DNA of 46,044 bases from an uncultured bacterium (GCA_903842445.1 CAIMLT010000029.1:1-46044); one strand, 5' to 3'. Positions 35,478 to 44,003 are shown, numbered from the stretch's first letter. Notes: generated by a model from the sequence alone, not told the origin. Program-made: numbers and translations.

Positions 35478-36521
35478 TTATTTTAGAGTTTCTTTTATTT
35501 CTTTAACGCTTTGTGCGCGGACTAATCTCTGGCGAAGTTCTGCGGCACCGGGAAAACCTTTGATATACCAGACTAAATGCTTTCTGATTTCAAAAAGGCC
35601 GAAATCTTTTTTATCGGCAAAAATCAATTCGGCGTGTTTTATTATAATTTTTTTGATTTTAGAAAAAGGATAGTTTGGATATGTGGGATTTTGCAAAATA
35701 GGTTTACTAGAGGTGCTAGCTGGCAGATCCCTGCCTGCCGGCAGGCAGGCTTCGACCCCATTTCTACACTCAGGATGACAGTATGCTGTCATTTTTTTAA
35801 TTTGATCAAAGAGATACGGCTTGCCCCAAGCGCCGCGAGCGATACCGAGGCCGTCCAAGAGGGGATAATTTTTCAATATTTCTACAGCGTCTTTTGCAGT
35901 ATTTATTCCACCGTTGGCAAGAACAATTTTTTCCGGAATTATTTTTTTAACTTCTTCGCAAATCGAAAAATCAACCGGTCCGGAAAAGCCACCTTCATAT
36001 GTCCGGCCATGAATCATTACGGCGGAAAAGTTTAGGTCTTTCACATTTTCAATAAATTCCAGCGCGTCAATATTTTTGTTTTTTATGCCAGCCCTAATTT
36101 TGATGGAAACCGGCAAATCTGTATTTTCACACACGGCTGAAATTATTTCGCGCGCTAATTCGATTTGAGGCATCAGTGCGCAACCAGAACCGTGTTTGAA
36201 AACTTTTTTAGCCGGACAGCCAAAATTGATGTCGATTCCGTCAGGCCTTATTTCTTTGGTGACAATTCTCGTGGCCACGGCAAAATGTTCTGGATTGTTA
36301 CCAAAAAGTTGCACAACATATGGCCTTTCTTTTTTATTAAATCTAACAAGATCCAGTGTTTTTTGTGGTTTATAGAAAAGTGCACTGACGCTAGCCATTT
36401 CTGAATAGGTAACGTCCGCGCCATATTTACGACAAATCTGCCGAAAAGCACTGTCTGTAATTCCGGCCATCGGTGCCAATGCCAAAATTGGTTTTTCAAT
36501 TTTCTGCCAGAAATTTTTCAT
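35478..36521 (-). CDS. dusB: tRNA-dihydrouridine synthase (DusB-like)
   Basis: LAPMAGITD, YSEM, VQLFG, DINFGCP, SIKIR, IHGRT, ANGGI, RKHLVWY. Confidence 0.88.
   Translation of the reverse strand: MKNFWQKIEKPILALAPMAGITDSAFRQICRKYGADVTYSEMASVSALFYKPQKTLDLVRFNKKERPYVVQLFGNNPEHFAVATRIVTKEIRPDGIDINFGCPAKKVFKHGSGCALMPQIELAREIISAVCENTDLPVSIKIRAGIKNKNIDALEFIENVKDLNFSAVMIHGRTYEGGFSGPVDFSICEEVKKIIPEKIVLANGGINTAKDAVEILKNYPLLDGLGIARGAWGKPYLFDQIKKMTAYCHPECRNGVEACLPAGRDLPASTSSKPILQNPTYPNYPFSKIKKIIIKHAELIFADKKDFGLFEIRKHLVWYIKGFPGAAELRQRLVRAQSVKEIKETLK
35725..35780 (-). repeat. Nested palindromic element in frame inside dus
   Basis: Minus strand TGTCATCCTGAGTGTAGAAATGGGGTCGAAG[CCTGCCTGCCGGCAGGCAGG]GATCT; bracket is a perfect 20-bp palindrome at 35730-35749. 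Confidence 0.8.
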
Positions 36522-36802
36522 TACAGGGTAACTCTTATTCCCTTTGCGGTATTTTCTAGTTTAAAACCTAAACTCTCAATAGCTTTTTTTAGTTTTTCAA
36601 CTTTTTTAACCGCCATAGCTTCGGCGTCCTTGTCCGCCGAAGCTTTAGCGAAGGAGGAGGCGTCTTCATCATCAGAAACTTCGCCTGAATCATCAGAAGA
36701 CGTAGTCGTGGCTGTGTCGTCATTTCCATTAGCTGGTAAAACTATTTCCTCATCTCCACTGCAATGATGTGGGCATTGTGAGCAATCGCAAAAATCATCC
36801 AT
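36521..36802 (-). CDS. Small hypothetical protein with N-terminal CDCSQCPHHC motif
   Basis: 93-aa ORF between cysS and dus; TAATG overlap with the dus start. Confidence 0.7.
   Translation of the reverse strand: MDDFCDCSQCPHHCSGDEEIVLPANGNDDTATTTSSDDSGEVSDDEDASSFAKASADKDAEAMAVKKVEKLKKAIESLGFKLENTAKGIRVTL
36610..36662. repeat. GC-rich imperfect palindromic repeat units in frame in the small ORF
   Basis: CCGCCATAGCTTCGGCG and TCCGCCGAAGCTTTAGCGAAGGAGGA share CCGCC-NN-AGCTT-NN-GCG. Confidence 0.6.
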
Positions 36803-36811
36803 AATATTTTT

Positions 36812-38233
36812 TTATAATTTTTTAATTAAATAGTCATTGCCTTTTAGATCTTCCATGACATAACCTAATCTTTCAATTTCTTTGCGTAAATCGTCAGAGA
36901 GTTGAAAGTCTTTTTCTTCTCTGGCTTGTTTTCTTCTTTTGGCGATGAGGATTAAATTTTCTGGAATTTTTTCTTGATCAGAAATAATAAGCCCAAAAAC
37001 TTTATTAATCCGATTCCAAAAAAACAAAATTTCCTTGGCAGTAGCCGGAGAAAGTTTATTTTCTGAAAGCAACTTATTGGTTTCACTAATTAAATCATAA
37101 ATTGCGCTAAGTGCAAGTGGAGTATTGAAGTCATCATTCATTGAGTCTTCAAAGCGTTTTTGATAGATGTGCGTGAAACTGATTTCAGATTTTTCCCCAG
37201 GAGCATTAGCTGAGATATTTTGCAAAGTATTAATCCATTCTGTGATTTTTTTCAAATTGGTTTTGGCCTGAGAAAGTGAATTTTCAGCATAATCAACGAT
37301 GCTTCTGTAATGCGAGCTGATGATCCAAAGGCGTGCAACCATCGGGTCATATTCAGCAAGGATTTTTTTAATTGTTGTGTGGTTGTTTTTGGATTTGGAC
37401 ATTTTTTCTCCATTGATATTGACCATGTTCCAAAGTGTCCAATAGTTGGCCATTTTCTTGCCGAGACTCGCTTCGCTCTGCGCAATTTCGTTTTCATTGT
37501 GCGGAAAAATATTTTCATTGCCTCCGCCGTGAATATCAAAGGTGTCTTGACCAAGAAGATCGGAAGACATGACGGAACATTCAATGTGCCATCCCGGGTA
37601 GCCCAAACTCCAAGGACTTTTCCACTTCAAGATATGAATATATTCTGCCTTAATCCAAAGCGCAAAATCCATCGGATTTTTCTTTTCCGGATTAATTTCT
37701 ACACGCGCTCCCTCAAGTAGTTCGTCCGTTTTTCGTCCGGAAAGCTTTCCATATTCTGGAAATTTTTCCACGGAAAAATAGACCGAGCCATTGACGGCGT
37801 AGGCATAACCTTTTCGGATCAAATCCTCAATAAATTTAATTATTTGGGCGATATATTGTGTTGGTCTGGGATAGAAATTAGCCGGTTTGACATTCAGGGC
37901 TTCAAAATCTTCCTTGGACGACTCAATATATCTTTCCACAATCTCCAGCGGGTCAATTTTTTCCAACTTGGCCTTTTTTTGAATTTTATCTTCGCCAACC
38001 TCGGCGTTATTGACAAGATGTCCTACATCAGTGTAATTCATAATAAATCTCACTTCATATCCAGAATATTCTAAGTATCTTCTGATTATATCCATAGCAA
38101 CATATCCACGAGCGTGTCCGATATGACAATGATCATAAACTGTTGGGCCGCAAGTATAGAAACCAACTTTGCCAGGGTGAATCGGTTTAAATTCTTCTTT
38201 ACGTTTAGTGAGAGTGTTATAGAGTTTTAACAT
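36812..38233 (-). CDS. cysS: Cysteine-tRNA ligase
   Basis: LYNTLT, CGPTVY, HIGH, DFALW, PGWHIECS, KMSKS, DDFNTP; true start MLKLY at 38233. Confidence 0.96.
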   Translation of the reverse strand: MLKLYNTLTKRKEEFKPIHPGKVGFYTCGPTVYDHCHIGHARGYVAMDIIRRYLEYSGYEVRFIMNYTDVGHLVNNAEVGEDKIQKKAKLEKIDPLEIVERYIESSKEDFEALNVKPANFYPRPTQYIAQIIKFIEDLIRKGYAYAVNGSVYFSVEKFPEYGKLSGRKTDELLEGARVEINPEKKNPMDFALWIKAEYIHILKWKSPWSLGYPGWHIECSVMSSDLLGQDTFDIHGGGNENIFPHNENEIAQSEASLGKKMANYWTLWNMVNINGEKMSKSKNNHTTIKKILAEYDPMVARLWIISSHYRSIVDYAENSLSQAKTNLKKITEWINTLQNISANAPGEKSEISFTHIYQKRFEDSMNDDFNTPLALSAIYDLISETNKLLSENKLSPATAKEILFFWNRINKVFGLIISDQEKIPENLILIAKRRKQAREEKDFQLSDDLRKEIERLGYVMEDLKGNDYLIKKL

Positions 38234-38243
38234 ACAGGATAAG

Positions 38244-39152
38244 TTATAACCATTTACGCATTTTAAAAACAGAAATTGTAAAACCGGATAGAGCAAACAT
38301 AATGACCAAGTGAATCCAAAAGCCATACGGACTCTTTCCGAAGGGAATATCGGCGCTCATGGCAAGGATATTGGAATAGACGGTCATTGGAAGCATAACG
38401 GCGGAAAAAATGGTGAGCACTTTCATGGTCATATCAAGTTGATTGGACAAAAGGGAATTGTTAGTTTCTTCAAGCGATTCGATTGTTTCTTTGGCGCTTT
38501 CTAGCATATTCCAAATGCGAATGTTGGTGCCAATCAAATCTTGGAAATAGGGACTTAGCTCTCTCTCGATGTATTTGTGATTTTCTTGGGTGAGTGATTC
38601 AAAAACGCTGCGCTGCGGTTTCATGGTGCGGCGGAAATTGAGAATATCTCTTTTGACAACTGAAATTTCAAAAACCATTTCTTTCTCATGCTGGGCAAAA
38701 ATTTCTCTTTCAATGTTGTCCAGCTTTTTGGAAATATGATCTAGGCGCGGAAAACAGGATTCCAAAAGCATTTCAAGAATATAGCGCAAGAGCGCTCCGG
38801 GACTTTGTTTCATGTAAAGTTCGCGCTTTTTTTTATTTTTCTTGATTTCATTAAAAAAATCAGTTAACTGGTAGATTTCCACGTCATGAGAAGTAATTAG
38901 GGTATTTTCGCAAATTACGATATCTAGTTCTCCGGGGTAGGTAGTTTTGTCTTCGTTGTTGTAGAGTGGAATGTGAATGGCCAGATAAACGCAATTATCG
39001 TATTCGGCTGCTTTTGGTCTGAGGGTTGGAGTGGAAAATTCCTCAATAACTAGAGGATGCAAGTTGAATCTTTTTTGAATTTTCATGACATCATCAGCAT
39101 TTGGCTCTTGAAAATCAATCCAGTTAAATTTTTCTGTTTTTATTTCTTGCAT
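38244..39152 (-). CDS. corA: CorA-family divalent cation transporter
   Basis: WID, LHPL.IE, RPK, MKVLTI, two C-terminal TMs; GMN motif appears as AMS. Confidence 0.85.
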   Translation of the reverse strand: MQEIKTEKFNWIDFQEPNADDVMKIQKRFNLHPLVIEEFSTPTLRPKAAEYDNCVYLAIHIPLYNNEDKTTYPGELDIVICENTLITSHDVEIYQLTDFFNEIKKNKKKRELYMKQSPGALLRYILEMLLESCFPRLDHISKKLDNIEREIFAQHEKEMVFEISVVKRDILNFRRTMKPQRSVFESLTQENHKYIERELSPYFQDLIGTNIRIWNMLESAKETIESLEETNNSLLSNQLDMTMKVLTIFSAVMLPMTVYSNILAMSADIPFGKSPYGFWIHLVIMFALSGFTISVFKMRKWL

Positions 39153-39186
39153 ATTGAATTTCTCAATTTATTTTTTTAATATGGAT

Positions 39187-39215
39187 ATTATAGCAGTGAA
39201 ATCGTGATTTGACAA
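39187..39215 (-). promoter_or_regulatory. Sigma70 promoter for corA
   Basis: Minus strand TTGTCA-17 nt-TATAAT with extended TG. Confidence 0.65.
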
Positions 39216-39359
39216 AAAATCTCCAGACTGGAATATTTCTCAAAAGTGTAGTAGAATAATAATGCAATTTTGAGTGGATGAATTTAGCAGAAAAATAATT
39301 TTTTCAAATAGAAATGGGTTAATGTTTGTGCCTACTGATGGGTGGGTTTCGTGATTTTT

Positions 39360-41723
39360 ATGTTTCTTAAGAAGCTGGAAATTAATGGTTTTAAATCTTT
39401 TGCAACGAAAACGGTGTTGGATTTTTCGGCATCCGCAAATGATGGAGGGGCCCGGGGGGTTACTGCAATTGTTGGTCCAAATGGTTCTGGCAAATCAAAT
39501 ATTGCGGATGCGATGCGCTGGGTGATTGGTGAGCAATCAATGAAAAATCTACGCAGCAAGAAATCTGAGGATATTATTTTTGCCGGATCTGGAAAAAAAT
39601 CTAAATTAGGGAGCGCCCAGGTTTCACTCTATTTTGATAACAGCGAAAAAAGATTACCCTTAGAGTTCGATGAAGTAGTAATTTCTCGAAAAATTTTTCG
39701 CAGTGGGGAAAGCGAGTATTTGGTTAATGGCTCGCGTGTGCGCTTGCAAGATATCGTGGATATTCTAGCTAAGGCCGGAGTTGGCAAGGAAAGCCATGCA
39801 ATCATTAACCAAGGTATGGCCGATTCAGTTCTTAACGCCACGCCGCTTGAGAGGCGTTTTGTGATTGAAGAAGCGGCTGGAGTGAAACAATATCAAATCA
39901 AAAAAGAACGCTCACTGCGTAAACTGGAAACAACTAAAACAAATTTAGTGCGAGTTGGGGAACTTATTGACGAAATCAGGCCACATCTCAAGGTGCTAAA
40001 AAGGCAAGCGGAAAAAGCCGCTCAAAGCGAAATTGTAGCCAAAGATCTCAAGGAAAAACAAACCAAACTCTATACTTATCTTTGGAATAAATTTAATGCT
40101 GATAAAATAAATTTAAATGAAGAGAAAGACACGCTGGGAGCCAAGATGATGAATATTCAACGGGAAGCGGATAAGCTTTTAGACGAAGTTAATCGACGCT
40201 CTAAGGAAGAAAAAGTTAATGAGACTTTGCAAGAACTGGAAAAAATCCAAAGAGAAAAAAGAGCTAAAATAAATGATCTGGAAAGAGAGCTTATCATTTC
40301 CGAAGGTCGGATTGAGCTCGAAAAAGAAAAGCAAAAAAGTATTCAAATTATTGAAGAAATTAAGATTCAAAGCCAGCCGGTTGATTTGAGTTATGTCAAA
40401 GGTAATTTGGAAGAGATCAGACGTGATCAGGAAATGCTGGTGCAAAAATTAAATGTCGCTAAGGATTTAAAAGACATTGAGGCGGTGCGTGAATTAGCGC
40501 GCAAGATTCAGCAAAAATTAACCGAGCTTAAGGGCGATATCGAAAAAGGAAAAAAAGATAATCCGGTTCCAGAGAAAAAAAATGAAGTAAAGCCGGTTCC
40601 GGTTAGCACTTCAATTGAAGCACAAGCAATAATTGATCTCAAAGCTAAATCATTTCAGGTTCGTGAAGAAATAAAAACACTAGAAGCGGATTTGCAAAAA
40701 ATAGTTAAAGAAATTCAGGCTGAAATTTCGCTAGATCGAAATAGGCGTCAGCAATTTTTTCAAACTGAACGCGAATTGCGCTTGAGGCAAGATGAGGCTA
40801 ACTCTTTTAAGGATAAGTATAATGATTTTAAGATTTCTCTGGCTAAAATCGAGGTGCGCGAAGAAGATTTGCGAGCGCGTATCTTGGAGGAATTAAAAAT
40901 AGATGTTGAACTTCTTGCAAAGAGTTCGGAGGTGGTTGATCAATTTTCACTGGAGCGAGATATTGCCAAATTAAAATTTCAGATGGAACAAATCGGTGGA
41001 ATCGATCCATTAGTTATGACAGAATATGATGAAACAGAAAAACGCTTTCAATTTTTGACGACTGAGTCTGCTGATTTGGAAAATGCTCTTGTTTCGCTTC
41101 GTGAAGTAATCAAAGAGATGGAGAAAAAAGTAAACGAGAAATTTCACGAAACATTTGATGAAATTAATCGGGAATTTTCGAAATATTTTCGAATAATTTT
41201 TGGTGGTGGAGACGCGCATTTGACCAAAGTTAAAATAAAAGCTCGTCGCACGAAAGAGGATGTTTTATCAGGAGAAGAAGATGAAGTAGGCCAATCGATA
41301 GATGGAGAATCTAAGTTAGATCAGTCGGCCAACGGAGAAGATGATAATGATGAAATTGGTATTGATATTTCCGCCTGCCCGGCTGGTAAGCGAATTAGCA
41401 ATCTGTCTATTCTTTCCGGTGGTGAACGCTCACTTACATCCCTGGCTCTTCTTTTTGCGATAATTTCTCATAATCCACCGCCATTTTCAATTCTGGATGA
41501 AGTGGAGGCGGCGCTGGATGAGGCCAACTCAAAACGTTTTGGGCGAATTATTCAAGAGCTTTCCGATAGCACGCAGTTTGTGATCATCACTCACAACAGA
41601 GAAACGATGCGCCAAGCCTCTTTGCTTTACGGAGTAACAATGGGAGAAGATGGAATCTCAAAATTGCTTTCAGTTAAAATTGATCAGGTTGGTAAGGGTG
41701 GGAAGATAATCGAGCAGATTTAG
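39360..41723 (+). CDS. smc: SMC-family ATPase, short (787 aa from this start), no recognisable hinge
   Basis: GFKSF, GPNGSGKSN, WVIGEQS, IINQG, EEAAG, LSGGE, LDEVEAALD, ITHN. Confidence 0.88.
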   Translation: MFLKKLEINGFKSFATKTVLDFSASANDGGARGVTAIVGPNGSGKSNIADAMRWVIGEQSMKNLRSKKSEDIIFAGSGKKSKLGSAQVSLYFDNSEKRLPLEFDEVVISRKIFRSGESEYLVNGSRVRLQDIVDILAKAGVGKESHAIINQGMADSVLNATPLERRFVIEEAAGVKQYQIKKERSLRKLETTKTNLVRVGELIDEIRPHLKVLKRQAEKAAQSEIVAKDLKEKQTKLYTYLWNKFNADKINLNEEKDTLGAKMMNIQREADKLLDEVNRRSKEEKVNETLQELEKIQREKRAKINDLERELIISEGRIELEKEKQKSIQIIEEIKIQSQPVDLSYVKGNLEEIRRDQEMLVQKLNVAKDLKDIEAVRELARKIQQKLTELKGDIEKGKKDNPVPEKKNEVKPVPVSTSIEAQAIIDLKAKSFQVREEIKTLEADLQKIVKEIQAEISLDRNRRQQFFQTERELRLRQDEANSFKDKYNDFKISLAKIEVREEDLRARILEELKIDVELLAKSSEVVDQFSLERDIAKLKFQMEQIGGIDPLVMTEYDETEKRFQFLTTESADLENALVSLREVIKEMEKKVNEKFHETFDEINREFSKYFRIIFGGGDAHLTKVKIKARRTKEDVLSGEEDEVGQSIDGESKLDQSANGEDDNDEIGIDISACPAGKRISNLSILSGGERSLTSLALLFAIISHNPPPFSILDEVEAALDEANSKRFGRIIQELSDSTQFVIITHNRETMRQASLLYGVTMGEDGISKLLSVKIDQVGKGGKIIEQI

Positions 41724-41861
41724 GACTTACGCATTTGCCTAAAAAAGTTCCTAAAAGCAAAGTTTTCTAGTTTTGGTCAACCCTCTCTTTATTTATCAAA
41801 GGCCTTCCATGCTAATAAAAAAAACGTGCGGAACTATTTTTCGACAAACGCGTAAGTCCTG
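41721..41861. mobile_element. MITE, 141 bp, with about 31-bp imperfect terminal inverted repeats and 5-bp flanking direct repeat AGATT
   Basis: TAGGACTTACGCATTTGCCTAAAAAAGTTCC vs reverse-complemented right end CAGGACTTACGCGTTTGTCGAAAAATAGTTCC; AGATT at 41716-41720 and 41862-41866. Confidence 0.8.
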
Positions 41862-41866
41862 AGATT

Positions 41867-43519
41867 ATGCAAAAAAAAGACACTAAAATATTTTATCTTT
41901 TGATCATCTTGATTCTCGCCACGGGAATTTTTTTGCGTTTTTGGAAGCTTGGCTCTATTCCTCCTGGCATTCAATATGATGAAGCGTATAATGGTATCGA
42001 CGCAATCCGCGCTCTAGAAACAGGGGAGTATAAGATTTTTTATCCCGAAAATACCGGCAGAGAAGGTTTACATATTAATATTACTGCTTTTTTTATTAAA
42101 ATTTTTGGAGTAAGTAGTCTTTCACTTCGGATTGCGAATGCACTTTGGGGATCTTTCACGCTCATTGGTTTCTATTTTTTGCTTCGCGAGCTTAAGCTTT
42201 CTCGTATTTCTGTGCTTCTTGGCACATTTATGCTCTCTTTTTCTTTTTGGCATCTAGATTTTTCTCGCACAGCCTTTCGAGCGATTATGGTTCCATTTTG
42301 CATTATCTGGGCACTTTATTTTCTTTTGCATGGGCTAAATAAAAAGAAATATTTGTTTTTTATACTTTCAGGAATTTTTCTTGGTTTGGGTTTTTATTCT
42401 TATATAGCTTTTCGGGTTGCGCCACTAATTTTTGTTATTTTTGGTTTAGCTTATAGCCTATTTGAAAAGGGATGGCTGAAAAAAAACTGGAAGGTTATTT
42501 TGATTTTTATCTCAGCAAGTATCCTTTGCGCTTTGCCGATCTTCTTTTATTTTTACGCGCATTGGAACGAATTCTTATTCAGAAGTCAAGCAGTTTCCGT
42601 TTTTCATTCAGGGAAACTGACTCCCTTTCAGGCGCTTTCCAAAAGCCTTTGGATTCATCTGCAAGCCTTTTTTGTGCATGGAGATAACAACCCACGTCAT
42701 AATTATAATGGTCAGCCACTTATTCCTTCTGGTTGGGTTGCTTTCTTTGTTCTCGGTTTCATTATCAGCGTGAAAGAAATTGCGGAAAATATAGTTAAGA
42801 AAATACGCTCAAAAAAAGATATATTAAAAGGACGATTTTTTAAGCTTTCAGGTCTGTTCTATCCTTCAATTTTGGCGCAAAGCATTTTTTGGACAATGCT
42901 TATTCCGGGAGCGCTGAGTATTGAAGGCATTCCACATTCTTTGCGGATAATTGGCATGATTCCAGGGGTTTTCCTTTTTTGTGTTTTTCCGATGGAATAT
43001 ATTTTGCGGATTTATCGCAAAATGCGTGATTCGAGCGACTTGACTTTGCGGGTAAGCGGAACCAATCTGACGCTGACTTTCATGATTGGGCTTGTGGCGG
43101 TAATCTTAGTTAGTGGATTTTTGCAAGTCTATGTCTATTTTGGTCCTTGGGCAAAAGATCTTCGAACAGCCGGAGGATTTGAAAGGAAGCTTTATTTAAT
43201 GGGAACACTTATTGGAAATCTGGATGTTCACAAAAATAACTATGTAATTACTGCCTATAATACGTCGATTAAGGGAGGCGGAAAGGATACTAGTCTCAAA
43301 ACGACAGAATATATTGCTTATCCGAAAATAAAAAACTATCTATTTTATCGCCCGTTAGATGGGCTAAATCAAGTTAATTGCGAGGATATTCAGCTTGTTT
43401 TTCAAGAATCTGACCAGTGGATCCGCGATCAATATCGGGCAAAATGTCCTAATTTAATAACAGACAAATATACATTTAACGATAGTAAATATATTTTTTA
43501 TGTGATGTCGGTTAGATAG
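41867..43519 (+). CDS. GT-C fold membrane glycosyltransferase (ArnT/PMT-like)
   Basis: LRFWKLGSIPPGIQYDEAYNG first-loop DE motif, many TM helices, FWHLDFSR, GLGFYSY. Confidence 0.8.
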   Translation: MQKKDTKIFYLLIILILATGIFLRFWKLGSIPPGIQYDEAYNGIDAIRALETGEYKIFYPENTGREGLHINITAFFIKIFGVSSLSLRIANALWGSFTLIGFYFLLRELKLSRISVLLGTFMLSFSFWHLDFSRTAFRAIMVPFCIIWALYFLLHGLNKKKYLFFILSGIFLGLGFYSYIAFRVAPLIFVIFGLAYSLFEKGWLKKNWKVILIFISASILCALPIFFYFYAHWNEFLFRSQAVSVFHSGKLTPFQALSKSLWIHLQAFFVHGDNNPRHNYNGQPLIPSGWVAFFVLGFIISVKEIAENIVKKIRSKKDILKGRFFKLSGLFYPSILAQSIFWTMLIPGALSIEGIPHSLRIIGMIPGVFLFCVFPMEYILRIYRKMRDSSDLTLRVSGTNLTLTFMIGLVAVILVSGFLQVYVYFGPWAKDLRTAGGFERKLYLMGTLIGNLDVHKNNYVITAYNTSIKGGGKDTSLKTTEYIAYPKIKNYLFYRPLDGLNQVNCEDIQLVFQESDQWIRDQYRAKCPNLITDKYTFNDSKYIFYVMSVR

Positions 43520-43579
43520 TAACTGTTACTTTGCTTGATAATTTTTTTAATTACTGATAAGCTAAGTTTTGAAGATTTT

Positions 43580-43651
43580 GGCCTCATCGTCTAGCGGCTA
43601 GGACATCAGGTTCTCATCCTGGAAACAGGGGTTCGATTCCCCTTGAGGCTA
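43580..43651 (+). tRNA. tRNA-Glu (anticodon CTC), CCA not encoded
   Basis: Acceptor GGCCTCA/TGAGGCT, anticodon arm TCAGG-TTCTCAT-CCTGG, T arm AGGGG-TTCGATT-CCCCT. Confidence 0.93.
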
Positions 43652-43811
43652 CAAGAACTAAGCTTGAATATTTGAATTTACTTATTTATTGGTTTGCCTC
43701 AAGAATCGTTAACATTTTTTCTGCTTGGGTTATGTATCTCTTAGGATCGTGATAAAGTGCATCATGCGTTCCTTGCATGAAATGAATTGCATCGGCGTGT
43801 TTTTGAGTTAG

Positions 43812-44003
43812 ATTTTCCCTAATTTTATCAACGGGAAGAAAGTGGGTGCTAAATATACGAGCACACGAAGACCAGTTGAGCTTGTCTATTTTCGGAGATT
43901 TGAAAATCGTTCAGTTGCTTCTAGGGAAGAAGCGCGAATTAAAAAATTATCAAGAAAAGAAAAAATAGATTTAATCAATTTAAGCACTAAAAATAATGGA
44001 TAA
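43812..44003 (+). pseudogene. GIY-YIG (UPF0213/YhbQ-like) nuclease remnant, C-terminal half only
   Basis: Manual translation NGKKVGAKYTSTRRPVELVYFRRFENRSVASREEARIKKLSRKEK; in-frame TAG at 43809-43811 and no intact N-terminal motif. Confidence 0.75.

Noticed and set aside
38234..38326. N-terminal extension of CysS given in the ORF track
   Set aside because: Overlaps the corA 3' end; the conserved start MLKLYNTLT is at 38233
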